Positions 13,990-25,370 of a stretch of 64,000 bases of DNA are shown one piece after another; position 1 is the first letter of the stretch, and each line of letters begins with the position of its first letter. The notes beneath the pieces were generated by a model. It was not told the DNA's origin, did not search any database, and was given only the letters and a program-made list of their open reading frames with translations. A program made the position numbers and the translations under genes. Origin of the DNA: Lama glama (taxonomy: Eukaryota); NCBI GenBank assembly GCA_028534125.1, contig CM052818.1:24244001-24308000 (forward strand), given 5' to 3'.

Positions 13990-15240
13990 GCACTGCTCTG
14001 GTGTCCCCCAGATTCTCTGCCCTCAGGGCTACCAATGCAGTTAGTGGATTTCTGGGGCGCTCTATCCCCTCAGTGCCTAGCCAGCGCCAAACGCCGCCCC
14101 TGCGCTCGCCCCACTGCGCAAACTCCGCCTGCTCTTTCCAGAGGCCCTGGAGCTGCGCCACCTGGTCAGTGCAGCTTCTAGTGCCAGACGCCGCTCCCGC
14201 CCTCGCCCCACTGCAGGAACTCCACTCGGTCATTCCAGAGGGCCACAGGTCGCGCCACCAGGTCAGTGACGCTCCCAGCGCTGAATCTGTGCAGGGCCGG
14301 TGGGCTCACAAAAAAGGCCACACCAGCCCTCACCCCCACTGTGTGCGGAACTCTGCTCCTCACTGTTTGTCTTAGAGGCCCCGGTCCACAAAGGCACCCA
14401 AGGAGCCAAACGGTCCCTTATGCCTGGGGTTGTAAACAAATCTCAGTCTGTCCTTTGAGGTTTCGGAGCCCCTGGTTAGTGGGTCAGGTTTCAACCCCAC
14501 CTCCGCCTGAGGGCCGCGCACCAGACATGATGGTGGCTGTGGCCAGGCCCTGCCTCTCTTCTCAGAGCGCGCCAGCAGTGGCGCGGCAGGCCTGTGGAGA
14601 CAAAGGCTATGGCAGCCTTCCCCGCGCGCACACCAGCAGGGTGGCTTTCCTTTCCTTTTTTTTTTTTTTTTTTTGTATTTTACTGGGGACCCAGGCTGTT
14701 CTGCTCTGTGTACCCTCCCATTCACAATGCACAGCTTGCTCATGTCCCCTGAGGCCGCCTCTGTGCAGTCGGCGCCAGTCGTCCCCTCCCCCCCCACCCC
14801 CACCGCCTCAGGCAGCCTGTCCAGTCGCACCTCCGCTGGTTTGGTCTCGGGCTGGGGGCTGCAAGGACCCTTTGTGCCCATGTCACTTAGTTATGTCTGT
14901 CAAGGGCTGCTCTACACAGTGCGAGCCTCAGAGGTCCCCCTCTGTCCCCACTGACCGACCTCTCCATTGGAGGGGGGAGCCCCAGCATGAGAGCCATATT
15001 CCTCCTTTGCCGCTCTCTCCCCGCGAGACAGGTCCTGCCCTTATTTCCTTTTTCTTCTTCCTTTTCTTCCCTCCTCCTACCAGATTTGTGAGGAATTTTG
15101 TCTTTTGAAGAAGGTGATGTTCCGTCACAGTTCAGCAGGTGTTCTGAGCGGATGGCTGGGTCTGTGGATGTCTCTCTTGTATTTGTGGGAGAGGGTGAGC
15201 TCCGAGCGCCCCTCTACTCCGCCGTCTTGGCCGCTCCCCG
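13990..15240 (-). promoter_or_regulatory. GC/CpG-rich L1 5'UTR (internal promoter region)
   Basis: High GC and CpG density upstream of ORF1; YY1-like AAGACGGCGG near the 5' end. Confidence 0.6.
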
Positions 15241-15650
15241 CCCAACAACACCCGTCGCCCGGCTTTACCGGACTAGTTACCGTTCACGGAAGTAGGGAGG
15301 AGTGGCTCAGGCCTCCGTTTTCTCACATGTTCATTACCTTTTTCTTCACTGGTTTTTTTTTTTTTCTCTTTTCACTTAACAAAGCGTGCACTTGCTTTAA
15401 AACTCAGTACAAGAACCCTCCTGTCTGTGATGCCCACCGCATTACCCAGTTCTAATTTGTACTCTCCCTGTGTGTTCCTACTGCGCCGCGCCCCGCGTCT
15501 GTCTCCTTGATAATGCTTAGTATCCTCAGTGTGCATTTTTCTGCCTCGTCATTCGACTTTAAGTAACTTGGGGGTGTGTACTTACCTTACTCATCTTTAG
15601 ATACCATACAGTGGGTGGAGTCCATAAATGTTTATTGAATAACGAAATGA
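15241..15650 (+). mobile_element. Probable continuation of the L2 to its 3' end
   Basis: tttaaaactcag ... ctccctgtgtgttcctact ... and terminal ataaatgtttattgaataa ... aatga typical of L2 3' ends. Confidence 0.45.
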
Positions 15651-15784
15651 GTAAGTCAAAATAATTCTCATTGGATGAAGAACTAAAAGAAAATGTATGC
15701 TGAGTTCTGTTTTTCTCTTTATGTTCCACATGCCCCCAGCAGGGGAGTCTATCCCTTCCTCATTCAGCTGCAAACAGTTACTTT

Positions 15785-15929
15785 TTGGTTTTCTTATTTT
15801 TGTTTGTTTAGGAGGGAGGGTATTAGGTTTATTTATTTGTTTGTTTGAATGGAGGTACTGGGGATTGAACCCAGAGCCTTGTGCATGCTGAACATGCACA
15901 CACTACCGCTGAGCTGTACCCTCCCACAA
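15785..15929 (-). mobile_element. Camelid tRNA-derived SINE (vic-1 type)
   Basis: On - GGGAGGGTACAGCTCAGCGGTAG ... GGGTTCAATCCCCAGTACCTCC plus AATAAACCTAAT tail; TSD caaacagttacttt (15771-15784) / caaactgttacttt (15930-15943). Confidence 0.9.
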
Positions 15930-16167
15930 CAAACTGTTACTTTCACGAAACCTACTTGTTCTTTACATTCTAAGGTCCACCTGACTAACTTATAAACAGA
16001 TTTTTGTAGCATTACTCATTAATATGTTGAAGGATGTGTGGGCGTGGCAGTCGATTAACTCCAAAATATACAGTTTATTTATTGTAAGGCTACTCAAAGT
16101 CACCCATCTCAAAACTATCGACGTCAGGAGCCCCAGAGAGGACTTACACCGAAGAGGGTGTAATTGA

Positions 16168-16217
16168 GATCTTTCTCTTTTAGATGATCTTTCTCTTTTA
16201 GATGAACTTTCTCTTTT
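16168..16217 (+). repeat. 18-bp tandem repeat (gatctttctcttttagat), about 2.8 copies
   Basis: Directly visible. Confidence 0.9.
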
Positions 16218-16827
16218 TAATTATTTTATCTTCCAATTTATATTCACAAATATTCTGAGAATTTTGTTTTTTAAACTCAGCATTGGTTTATCTGGTTATA
16301 AAGGGCAAAAACAACACATGGTGGTAACAAGAAATTTCCACTAGCATTTTTAGCAACATCATCCAGATCTTGATCCAACTGTTTGAAGTACTTGTCATAA
16401 GCAGTATTTTCTATCTTCAGATAGTTCTGAAATCCTTTTGGGTAATACTTTGAAAAGTAGATTTTAATCAGACAGCACCAGACACAACTTGGGTAATACC
16501 TCCATTTGGGTCTTGAAACTTGTCTCAATTTACCAATGTGCCCATCAGATAGACCACCTATTCCTAGTCATATTACCTGTTTATTTAGAGACATGTGGAT
16601 ATCCCATTAGATAGCATCTAAAAAATTAGAGAACACCTAAAATGTGACTTAGGGCTTGTATTCTTCCACTTATTAGAGCTAAAGTGTCTCCTGCAAATGA
16701 AGTAAAAAATGATGAGTCAGGGATGAGTATCTCATAATTACTGAAGGGTTTCCCTAGAGCTCTTCAAATGTAGCCCCTGAATGGACTTGTTTTTTTTTAA
16801 GCGTTTTATTAAAAAAAGAAAAAAAAG

Positions 16828-17080
16828 ATGGTGAGTAGGGACAAATTTCAGAGTTTGAGATTTGCAAGTGATAACCACTATATATAAAAATAGATAAAGA
16901 ACAAATTTCTTCTGTATAGCCCAGGGAACTCTATTCAATATCTTATAATAACCTTTAGTGAAAAAAATATGAAAACGAATATGTGTATACATATGCATGA
17001 CTGGGACATTATTCTGTACACCAGAAATTGACAAATTATAACTGACTATAATATACTTCAACTAAAATAAATAAATAAGA
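16828..17080 (+). mobile_element. 5'-truncated L1 3'UTR, same family as 11170-11400
   Basis: ttcttctgtatagcccagggaact ... gcatgactgggac ... ccagaaattgac ... A-rich tail; reverse complement of the 11170-11400 segment. Confidence 0.85.
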
Positions 17081-20000
17081 TAAAATGCTATTGTTTGAAA
17101 AATCAAATAATTTTTGACATCTACCAGTCATTGACAGTACTTTATAACAAAGTTTCACCCAATCAACGAAGGAGGTTAAGTCTTTAAACAAGCACCAGTT
17201 TCAATGCTTGGAGATTAAAAGGAAAACTATTACACTCAAAATCCTATATCCCGGCCCCAAGCTGCAGTTCTGTCGCAAAGCAAATAATTAGCAAGTCATT
17301 CATTTTCTCCAGACCTTGGTTTCCTCTATGGGATGGGGAGGCTGGACTTCATAGCCACTGGGCTCCCTTCTTGCTGTGAAGTTCAAGGCCAAAAGTTGCA
17401 AGATACAATGGAATAACAGACTTGTGACAAGGCTCTCATTGTACACGTTGGTGTTTTATCCACGGGCCCATCTGTGCTTTGCTCCTACACCCACTCTTTG
17501 TTCTGGATATCATTTATCATTTTTACATAAATTGTTCTACTCATTGTCATCTGATGAAGAAATAAGAAACCATAGTTGGAAAGGAAATAAACATATGCTT
17601 TAAGAGTTTGTCCTGTACTTGGACCCTTTTCTTTCCTCCTACACGTTTAATATAGAGTATATTTTCCTCAGAAGACACTGTACTTTCAGATACAAAGAGA
17701 ATAATAAAAAAAAAAGTTGATTATTATGACTGTTATTGATTGAGTTACTACCTTCTAGGCAGACAAGGCAGAATTTGAACATATGTCTGACAGACACTAA
17801 AATTTATGCTGTTTCCACCACATCTTCTGACTTGGATAATCATCGTTCAAAACGGCATTTTTATTTCATGAACATTGAAGAAATTGTGCCTCTGAACAGT
17901 CATAAAATTGCATATCAATTGATATGTAACTTTTCAACTTGATCTTCATTTTATTTATCTTGGTGCTTATGCCAAAGGTAAACGGACAAATCCAGATCAG
18001 ACTTCACCTCTAAGCTGTCTGACTTGTTGCTTAAGTTTAGCTCCAGTTCTTCATGTGTAAATGAAAGACAGTAATACAGACGTGACTGGTTTTGGTGGGG
18101 GAGGGATGGCCAAATGAGATAACGGGCAGGAAAACATAAAAGCATGATAGCTGGCAAACAGTTCCCCGTCTCTGTTTCCGTATGTATTTCCCTCTGCATT
18201 TTTCCTTAGAAAATATAACCAAAATCGTCAGACAGAAAGGCAAGAGCTCTCACCTCTGATCCCAGCTCTGTCAGTGGTTGACAGAAATTCCATTCACAAA
18301 TGAATGACATGAACTTTCCTGAACGTTAGCCAAAGGAAAGATGGAACTTAATTGTCTCTAGGCCCCGTTTGGCTTTACCTGGTTATAATTTATGTAATCT
18401 CAAAAGCAATTTCTCATGCTTGTGTTTCCTCTTTGGAACCTGGGGTTTATTTTTTAGTGTTTGCACGAAAAACATTTTTCAAAGGAAGGAGCTATTAGAT
18501 TGAGGACAAACACGTTCAGGTACCTAAAAGAAATGATAAGTGAAATGAATGGATCTGTAAAAGGCAGTGGGACAGCTAGACCTGTCAGGTCTGTCTCGTA
18601 TGAGAATTTAGGCCAAATGATTCAAATATTTGATTGGAGTGATAGCAGAGGCTTTGCAGACTTAGAAGGCACACACACGCAATTGGGTAGATCAGATCTG
18701 ATTCTACGTTTCTCAAAACTGCAAGAAGGGGAAATGTATCAATTGAAAAAAAAGGTGGGAGAAAGAAAATGAAGGGGAAACCCATTACAGATGCAGAATA
18801 TAGCTCCTGACTATTTGTCCATTGATATGAATAATACGGGAAAGTAATAATACACTGGGTTATGATAGCAGGAGAACTGGGGGCTAGGCTTGGGTCTTCC
18901 ATTCTCCAGTTCTGCGGTCGTGGTAAACTAAGTTTCATTTTCTGGATCTAAGCTTCTTCAACCATAAAATAAGAGCTTGACTCGGATGATCACCAAAGTT
19001 CCCTCACAATGGTTAAATTCTGTGCGCAGGAGAAACTCAAGTGTTGTGCAGTATTATCCTTTTTTGTATGCAGAGAACCTCCTTTGTGTTAGTTTGTCTT
19101 TGGATCTTACAAATGCTAAATGGAAATTCTAGATTTTATCACTGGGCCTTTCATTTTCACGTTCTTATATTGAAGAAATAGAAATTGCGTGGGAAGTATA
19201 GTGAATAGCAGGGTTTTAAGTCCAGATTTGAGAAAATATTGCTGATCAACTCCTCTTTGTAGATTTGTAGATATTCTTATTCTGTGTCTAGTGTAATATA
19301 TATGTTTCTGTATAATATGATTAGCATCTTTGTTTATATGTTCCAACTAGATGTTAGTCATCATAAACTTTACTGTGCTTTTTACAGTATTTTTTGCTTC
19401 TTTTTTCTGATGTTATTAATACCTTGTGTTTGATGTCTTCGCTAAACTGACATAAGTCTTCCACTTTGTGTTTTGTTCTTGGACATCCCTGGTTCTCTGA
19501 ATAGAGAGTTGTGACTCCATTACTCCTTCCAGTCCCCACAAATCATCTCAAAATATGACCATGTTATATTCAACTTTGCACCCTCAGCATACACACAGAA
19601 TTTTTCTCTTACTGACATTTCATTAAGTACCTGAAAGACACTCATCTTTGTTTCCTTAACACTATTGGAATGCTGGGTATCTAGGAAGTTCTAATCAGTC
19701 TTGAATAAACACATTGGTAGCTGTAAGAAGAAGCACAGTTTATGCATTCCATGTGTGAGTAGAAGATTTAGAAAAACCAAAAAATAGAGAACACAAAAGG
19801 AATAAATGAAGGTCTGAAAACTTATGCAACAAAATGATCTTGTGCTTATTACCTTCTGAAATGCTACAGCTTCTATTTAGAATCCAACTCAAGAATCAAA
19901 GGTTAAAACAATAACAGGAAAGCAATCTCTCCACAGTTTCCAGTGAGCCACATGTTTCAAAGTCAAGCACGTTGCATCTGCCCTCATAAATAATAAACAC

Positions 20001-20227
20001 TCCGAGTGATTGATGATGTGGAAACGATGCATATTGTCGGTGGATATGAGTAAAATATCCCCACACTTTCACTAGTTTCTTGGTAGAAGAAAAACTTACA
20101 TCTACTTAATGACATCAGAGTTCTCATGAGTGTGTCTTGATAGGCAAGGAAGAAACAGATTTTTGTGTTTGTTTTTAACACAAATTTAATGGCACAACAA
20201 AAAACGTTAGAAGCATATGGTAATGTC

Positions 20228-21060
20228 CCTTCCCCTAGCCCCTGGCAACCACCATTCTACCTTCCTTCCCGCCTCCCCCTTTTTAATCTCCCTTTCCCCC
20301 GCCCCACCACCGACCTCTGTTAGCCACTATTCTACCCTATGTTACTATGAATTCTTCAGCTTCTTTTGGTCTCCAGTTTTATTGAGAAATAATTGACATA
20401 CACGACTGTATGCATTCAGGTCACACAGCACGATGATTTGATTTACATTTAATGTTAAGTGATTGTCAAAATAGGTTCAGCCAAATTCCATCACTTCATA
20501 TAGATACAACAAAAAGAAATGAGAGGAAAAAAGAAAAAGAAAAATTTTCCTCCTTGTGATAAGAACTCTTAAGATTCACCATCTTAGTACCTCTCCTGTC
20601 TATCACATGTCAGTGTTAGCGCTACCCGTCATGTTGTACGTTATGTCCCTTGTGCTTATATCTTATAACTGGAAGTTTATACCTTTTGACCACCTTCCTC
20701 CAATTCCGTCCCCCCCCCCCCGCTCCCGCTGCCTTTGGTAACCACAAGTCTGATCTCTTTTCTATGAATTTGGTGTTCTTGTTTGGTTTGGTTTTGGTTG
20801 TGGGTTTTGTTTTTTTTTTGATTCCCCATGTAAGTGAGATCATACAGCACCTGTCTGTCTGTGTCTGGCTTATTTCATTTAGCATATTGTCCTCTAGTTT
20901 CATCCATGCTGTTGCAAATGAATTCTGGGGATGGAGGATGGTGACGGTTGCACAATTATATGGACATCTTGAATACCACTGAACTAACTAGACATCTAAA
21001 AATGGTTAAGACAGTTTTGTTACGTGTATTTTGCCACAGTGAAATAATTAAAAAAAATTT
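20228..21060 (+). mobile_element. Old L1MB-like 3' end with an inverted 5' piece, split by a younger L1
   Basis: Antisense piece cccctggcaaccaccattctac at 20228-20350; sense piece ttctggggatggaggatggtgacggttgcaca ... aaaatggttaa ... A-tail at 20921-21060. Confidence 0.6.
20356..20917 (-). mobile_element. L1MA-like 3'-end fragment
   Basis: ttttattgagaaataattgacata ... gtgataagaactcttaagatt ... gtgagatcatacag ... catccatgctgttgcaaatg; ORF2 tail LEDNMLNEISQTQTDRCCMISLTWGI; flanked by atgaattct at 20347-20355 and 20918-20926. Confidence 0.8.
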
Positions 21061-21789
21061 TTAAATCAGAGATCATCATGTGAGGGTGAGTGAGTTTCCT
21101 CAGTTCACTTTGGGCTGTAAAATCTGAGCACTGTCTTTTTAATAAGGTGACACCGTGTTGGTTCCCTGGGGATTCAGAAAAGTATTTTGTTGGCCAAAGT
21201 TGGGGGATTGTTTCTATGAGAGAATCCTGGCAAAAAACGTTCTGATCCTTTCCCTGCTCAGAGATTAACCCCGTGGACATTTAGGAAGACATTTAATGGC
21301 TCTTGTTAGAGCAGATACTGAGGAGTTAAGTGCTGTATCTTTCTCCAGGGAAAGGACTGGGTCTGTCTGTTCTTCCGCCCTCAAGCTTCCTTCTCTCCAG
21401 TCTCCTTCCACCAAAGTGTTCTAATCCCACAGTGGAACTGCGTCTCTTCCCCCACTTCCCCTTCCAACAATATGCCACAGTCCTCTTCCCACCAGAATTG
21501 AAAATGCTGCTCTGGCATCTTAACAGAGTAATGCTGTGTCAGAAAAAGTGAGGAGAGACTTTTGGGTTTGTGAAAAACACAGAAGCATGACCTTGGGGAG
21601 GAAAGTTGTTCCTACTTTCCTCTGCCTTGTACCCCACCTTTTGAGGACCCTGTTCTGCACCCAGTCTATACGTCACGTTGACCTTAACACAAATACTTTT
21701 GCATACGGATTTCCTTTTGGTTTACAAGGTTCTCGTAATCCCATTTAAGCATGGCAAAATTTGAGGTACCTTTGTTTTACAGACGATGA

Positions 21790-22010
21790 AACTGAACAAT
21801 CAGACAGACCTGATTTCTGATTCAGCTTCTGTTGTAAATTACTGGCAGTGTGTCGCCAAAGGCTGGTCTCTTAAGCTCTCTAAGCCTTGGTATCCCCTCT
21901 GTGAAACGGGGGTCCTGAGAGTCTCCTAGGTCGATGCAGCAGCTCCGACATTTGCAAAGCACTTAATGCCCTGCCTGACACAGGGTAAACACTCCATCAA
22001 CGACAATTAT
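21790..22010 (+). mobile_element. MIR remnant
   Basis: tcagacagacctg ... ctctctaagccttgg ... tgtgaaacgggg ... tgcaaagcactta ... gcctgacacag. Confidence 0.5.
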
Positions 22011-23609
22011 CATCATCAGAGGATTACTGTTAGTAAAATAATGATTGCCTTGTGGGATTCTGACATAGATCTTCTACTTCCAAACCCACAGTCTTTATCA
22101 CAGAGCCATCCTCTCATAGAGCACCGCAGTCTACACCAGTGCTGATGGAAGGCTCAGTCCCAGAGCACCGTGTATCCTCTCCCCACTTTCACTGAAATGT
22201 TGCAATGAGGGGATGCTCAGTGACAATATTGAGAATTCTAAGACATGAGCACAGGCCAGAAAAATCTCAGTCAAGGAAAGAAATCAGATGATACATCACA
22301 CTAAAACGACACAAGGAAAGAACGCCTGTGAGCTTAAGTAACCCTCACAAGTAAAGATGATTCAGGGTGGAAGGAAAACAAAATATAAATGAGGAGACCA
22401 GTGGCTTAGAGTAAGGGTCTTTGCTCTGCTTTTCCTCTCCCCACCCTCTTCCAGTTCCCCCCACCCCAGCCTTTGGTCACTTTACTGTTTAAAAAAAAAA
22501 AAGAGAAAGAAACAGTTGGTTTTGTTCAAAAGTACACTGTCTGATGAGACTTCCCTTTTGACAGTTAAAAGGGAACATGCTTGTTCTTTCCATGTGCTGA
22601 ACAGACTCTCAAGAGAAAAAAGAAAGAAAGAAAGAAAGAAACAACTTGAGAGTGAGCAGTTTGGGAATCCTGTTGCAACAGAATGTGCCTGAATATCTAT
22701 GAAATAAGAAGGCAAGTGTCAATCCTAAGAGCGTATTAATGACACAATCTCCTAAATTCTCTCATGGCAATTCCCTGACGTTTACAATCTTTACTAGCCT
22801 TCTCAGTGAGCTTGGGGGAGAAGGGAGAAGGGGAATATGGATTTTAAAAAAACGAAACAAAACAAAAAAACCCTTCTCTTTCTTTCAGTCTATTTCTGTC
22901 CACAGAAGGTGTCCCCCTTGTGGTAACAGCAAAGGCTAGTCTGGCATTTCATCTAATCTTGTGATATTTCTCACATGTACAAAGACCTTTCCTTTCCTGT
23001 CTATCCACCTTTTAATAGCTCTTGCTTCTAAAAGGGTAAACGTTGACTCAAAGGCTCATTCCTATCTGGAAGTTAATGCTAAACTCCAAGCCAGATACGC
23101 CGTCAGCTGGCTGTGAACTTTTTAACCTCACTTCTCCTCATTATTATTTTAAAATTCTCCTTCCTTGGGACTGGTTGTATTGTTTTTCCATGAAGCAATA
23201 TCGGAGATTAAGACGGTGTTATCTGTCTATTAAAAATGTACTTACTGGAGCATGAAAAAGTGCTTAAGCCCAAGTGTCTGTTTCAAGGCCAAGGCTGACC
23301 AGCAAGCTTTGTCAGTTACGCAGCCCAGCTCTGCGTTTTTTTAGCAGCGACGGGAAATCTGGTCTGAGTCAGCAGGCACCGCAGTGGGCTGCTTTCACTC
23401 CTATTCCTCTCTCCTCGCATTCAGAGTAAACACTAAAGTAGTGAGAGCTGGCACTCTTGCTTCTTTTTGAGGAAGTACATCAGTTAAGCTGCTGGTTCTC
23501 TGGTTTGAGTAGTGAGAATTAACATTTTTCCCTCTGTCTGCAGTTATAGCCAGTTACCTTCTTCCAAACTGTAGAACTAGCAAAGGGGTATATGCTGCTT
23601 TATTTAAGC

Positions 23610-23674
23610 AAAAAAAAAAAAAAGAAAGAAAGAAAGAAAGAAGAAAAAGAAAAGAAAAGAAAGAAAGAAAGAAA
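23610..23674 (+). repeat. Poly(A) / (GAAA)n purine-rich repeat
   Basis: Directly visible. Confidence 0.95.
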
Positions 23675-24909
23675 GGTTACTAAAATCTCTGAGGTATTAG
23701 TTTCATAAAGGCAATGCAAACTAGACTCTATATTAATTGGAGAATTAAAAAAGTGAGACAGATGTGAAATATTTCTTTCAATCTTCTATGACTAAAGTCA
23801 TTTCTGGGATACTTGGGGGAAATGTACATTATGGCTCTAAAGTGTTGAAAATTGTCAAATCTTAAGGAGAAAACCTGAGTGGTGGTAAAACATTATTTAG
23901 TAGTATGATACATTTTATGTATTTTGTCTCTAATGCCACCTCCTCCAGGAAGCCTGACAGTATGTGAATTTCACCACTGACAACTGGACTGCCTGGCATA
24001 TTTCCTACACACATTGCATCATTGATTGAGCAATTTTTTAAAAAGTGGATATTTCAACAATATTTGTTGTATTTATACCACCTTCTTCTCAAAAACAATT
24101 TATGTAACTTCTGTTGAAAGTTATCCTATACAATACAATATCCTATATAATAGACTAGGATAATACCAATAAGAAACCTCATTCATATGGTGTTCTGGTC
24201 ATATTTTCCCATTTTCTACATGTGCTTTATAACTTTTATTCATTAGTATGTTATCTTCTGTGTCTTCCAAAAATGTGATAACTTTAAAAATTAAACATAG
24301 GATGGCTCATATATAAAACACATTGTGGAATATAGTACTTATTTTTAGAAACAGAGATATATCTTAATTGTTTAATGGTAAAATTAGATTTCATAGGACA
24401 TGATCTAATTAAGCACCCAGATCCAGGGACCTGCTGAAATAAATTCCACCATATTTGATACTCAGACTGAAGCAAAAGACATCAGTACGCTCTTTCACTG
24501 TCTATATTAGCCATTGTGTGTCATGACTATATTTTCTGGAATACATTGAATAAATTTGTTGATCATTCCTTTAAACATCTGTACCATAAACAATGTTACT
24601 GTTTTGTATCACTAGCCTGTCAAGGTAGAGAATGTGGAGCAGACACTTAGATCAATCCAAAGCAGTGGTTGATAGGTTCATTACTATTGACATTTGTGAA
24701 GGGAAATGAATTGATGAAATAGAACTGCGCCTCTCCCAGTTATTGAGCTGTTCATTTTTTCCATAGCACCGAGCACAATCTAACTCATGAAAACAGTGTG
24801 GTTATCATCCCCTGTTATCTTCGGACAAACTGCCAGTGAGTTAATGTAGAATCCTAGGATCCTTATGAAGTTCACATAAGGCAAAATTCATACTGTTCAA
24901 AGCACTAAA

Positions 24910-25370
24910 TTGATCATCTGGGGAATACTAATACTGTATTTACTTTGGACACCACATTTTTAAGGAGTTAGTAAAATATAAATGATCAGTAAGGCAGAAC
25001 ATCAGATCAGAAGTTCAATGACGAACAAGTGGAGGAGCCACAGGTGTTTAAATGTATTTGAGAAGGTGTAGGAGCTCCGTTCCAATACAGAAAGGCCCAT
25101 CATACAGAAGCTGAGGGTTTTGCTCAGAGTGCGACAACAGCTGCTATAGGAGCCTTTACAATGTGGAAGAGTTCAGGACAGTGTAAAGAGGTTTCCAATC
25201 ATGTAACAGGTGCAGCACAAGGTTGGGCTTTGTTGCAAAGAAGTGAGTTTCTTTAGGGTGATTGAAAGTGTTCAACGAGTGTCAGACAACTAATTTTGAG
25301 ATGTGTTATGGAAGAAAATACTTTATTCAAAAAAAAATTGGACTATGTAGTCTTTAATGACTCTTCCAAG
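24910..25370 (+). mobile_element. Possible CR1/L3 3' fragment
   Basis: tttggacaccacattttaagg ... ggtgttta ... aaagtgttcaa ... ttggactatg ... tcttccaa; very decayed. Confidence 0.3.

Larger units (their letters stand above)
11150..15240 (-). mobile_element. LINE-1 with intact 5' end and 3' tail but a large internal deletion removing most of ORF2
   Basis: T-rich tail at about 11150-11170, 3'UTR, ORF2 C-terminus, ORF1, long 5'UTR. On - the 5' end reads GGGGAGCGGCCAAGACGGCGGAGTAGAGG, a typical L1 start with a YY1-like motif. Confidence 0.9.

Noticed and set aside
14266..15108. 280-aa ORF on +, the longest in the track
   Set aside because: It lies antisense within the GC-rich L1 5'UTR, has a GTG start, reads through poly(T) and poly(C) runs, and resembles no protein I recognise.
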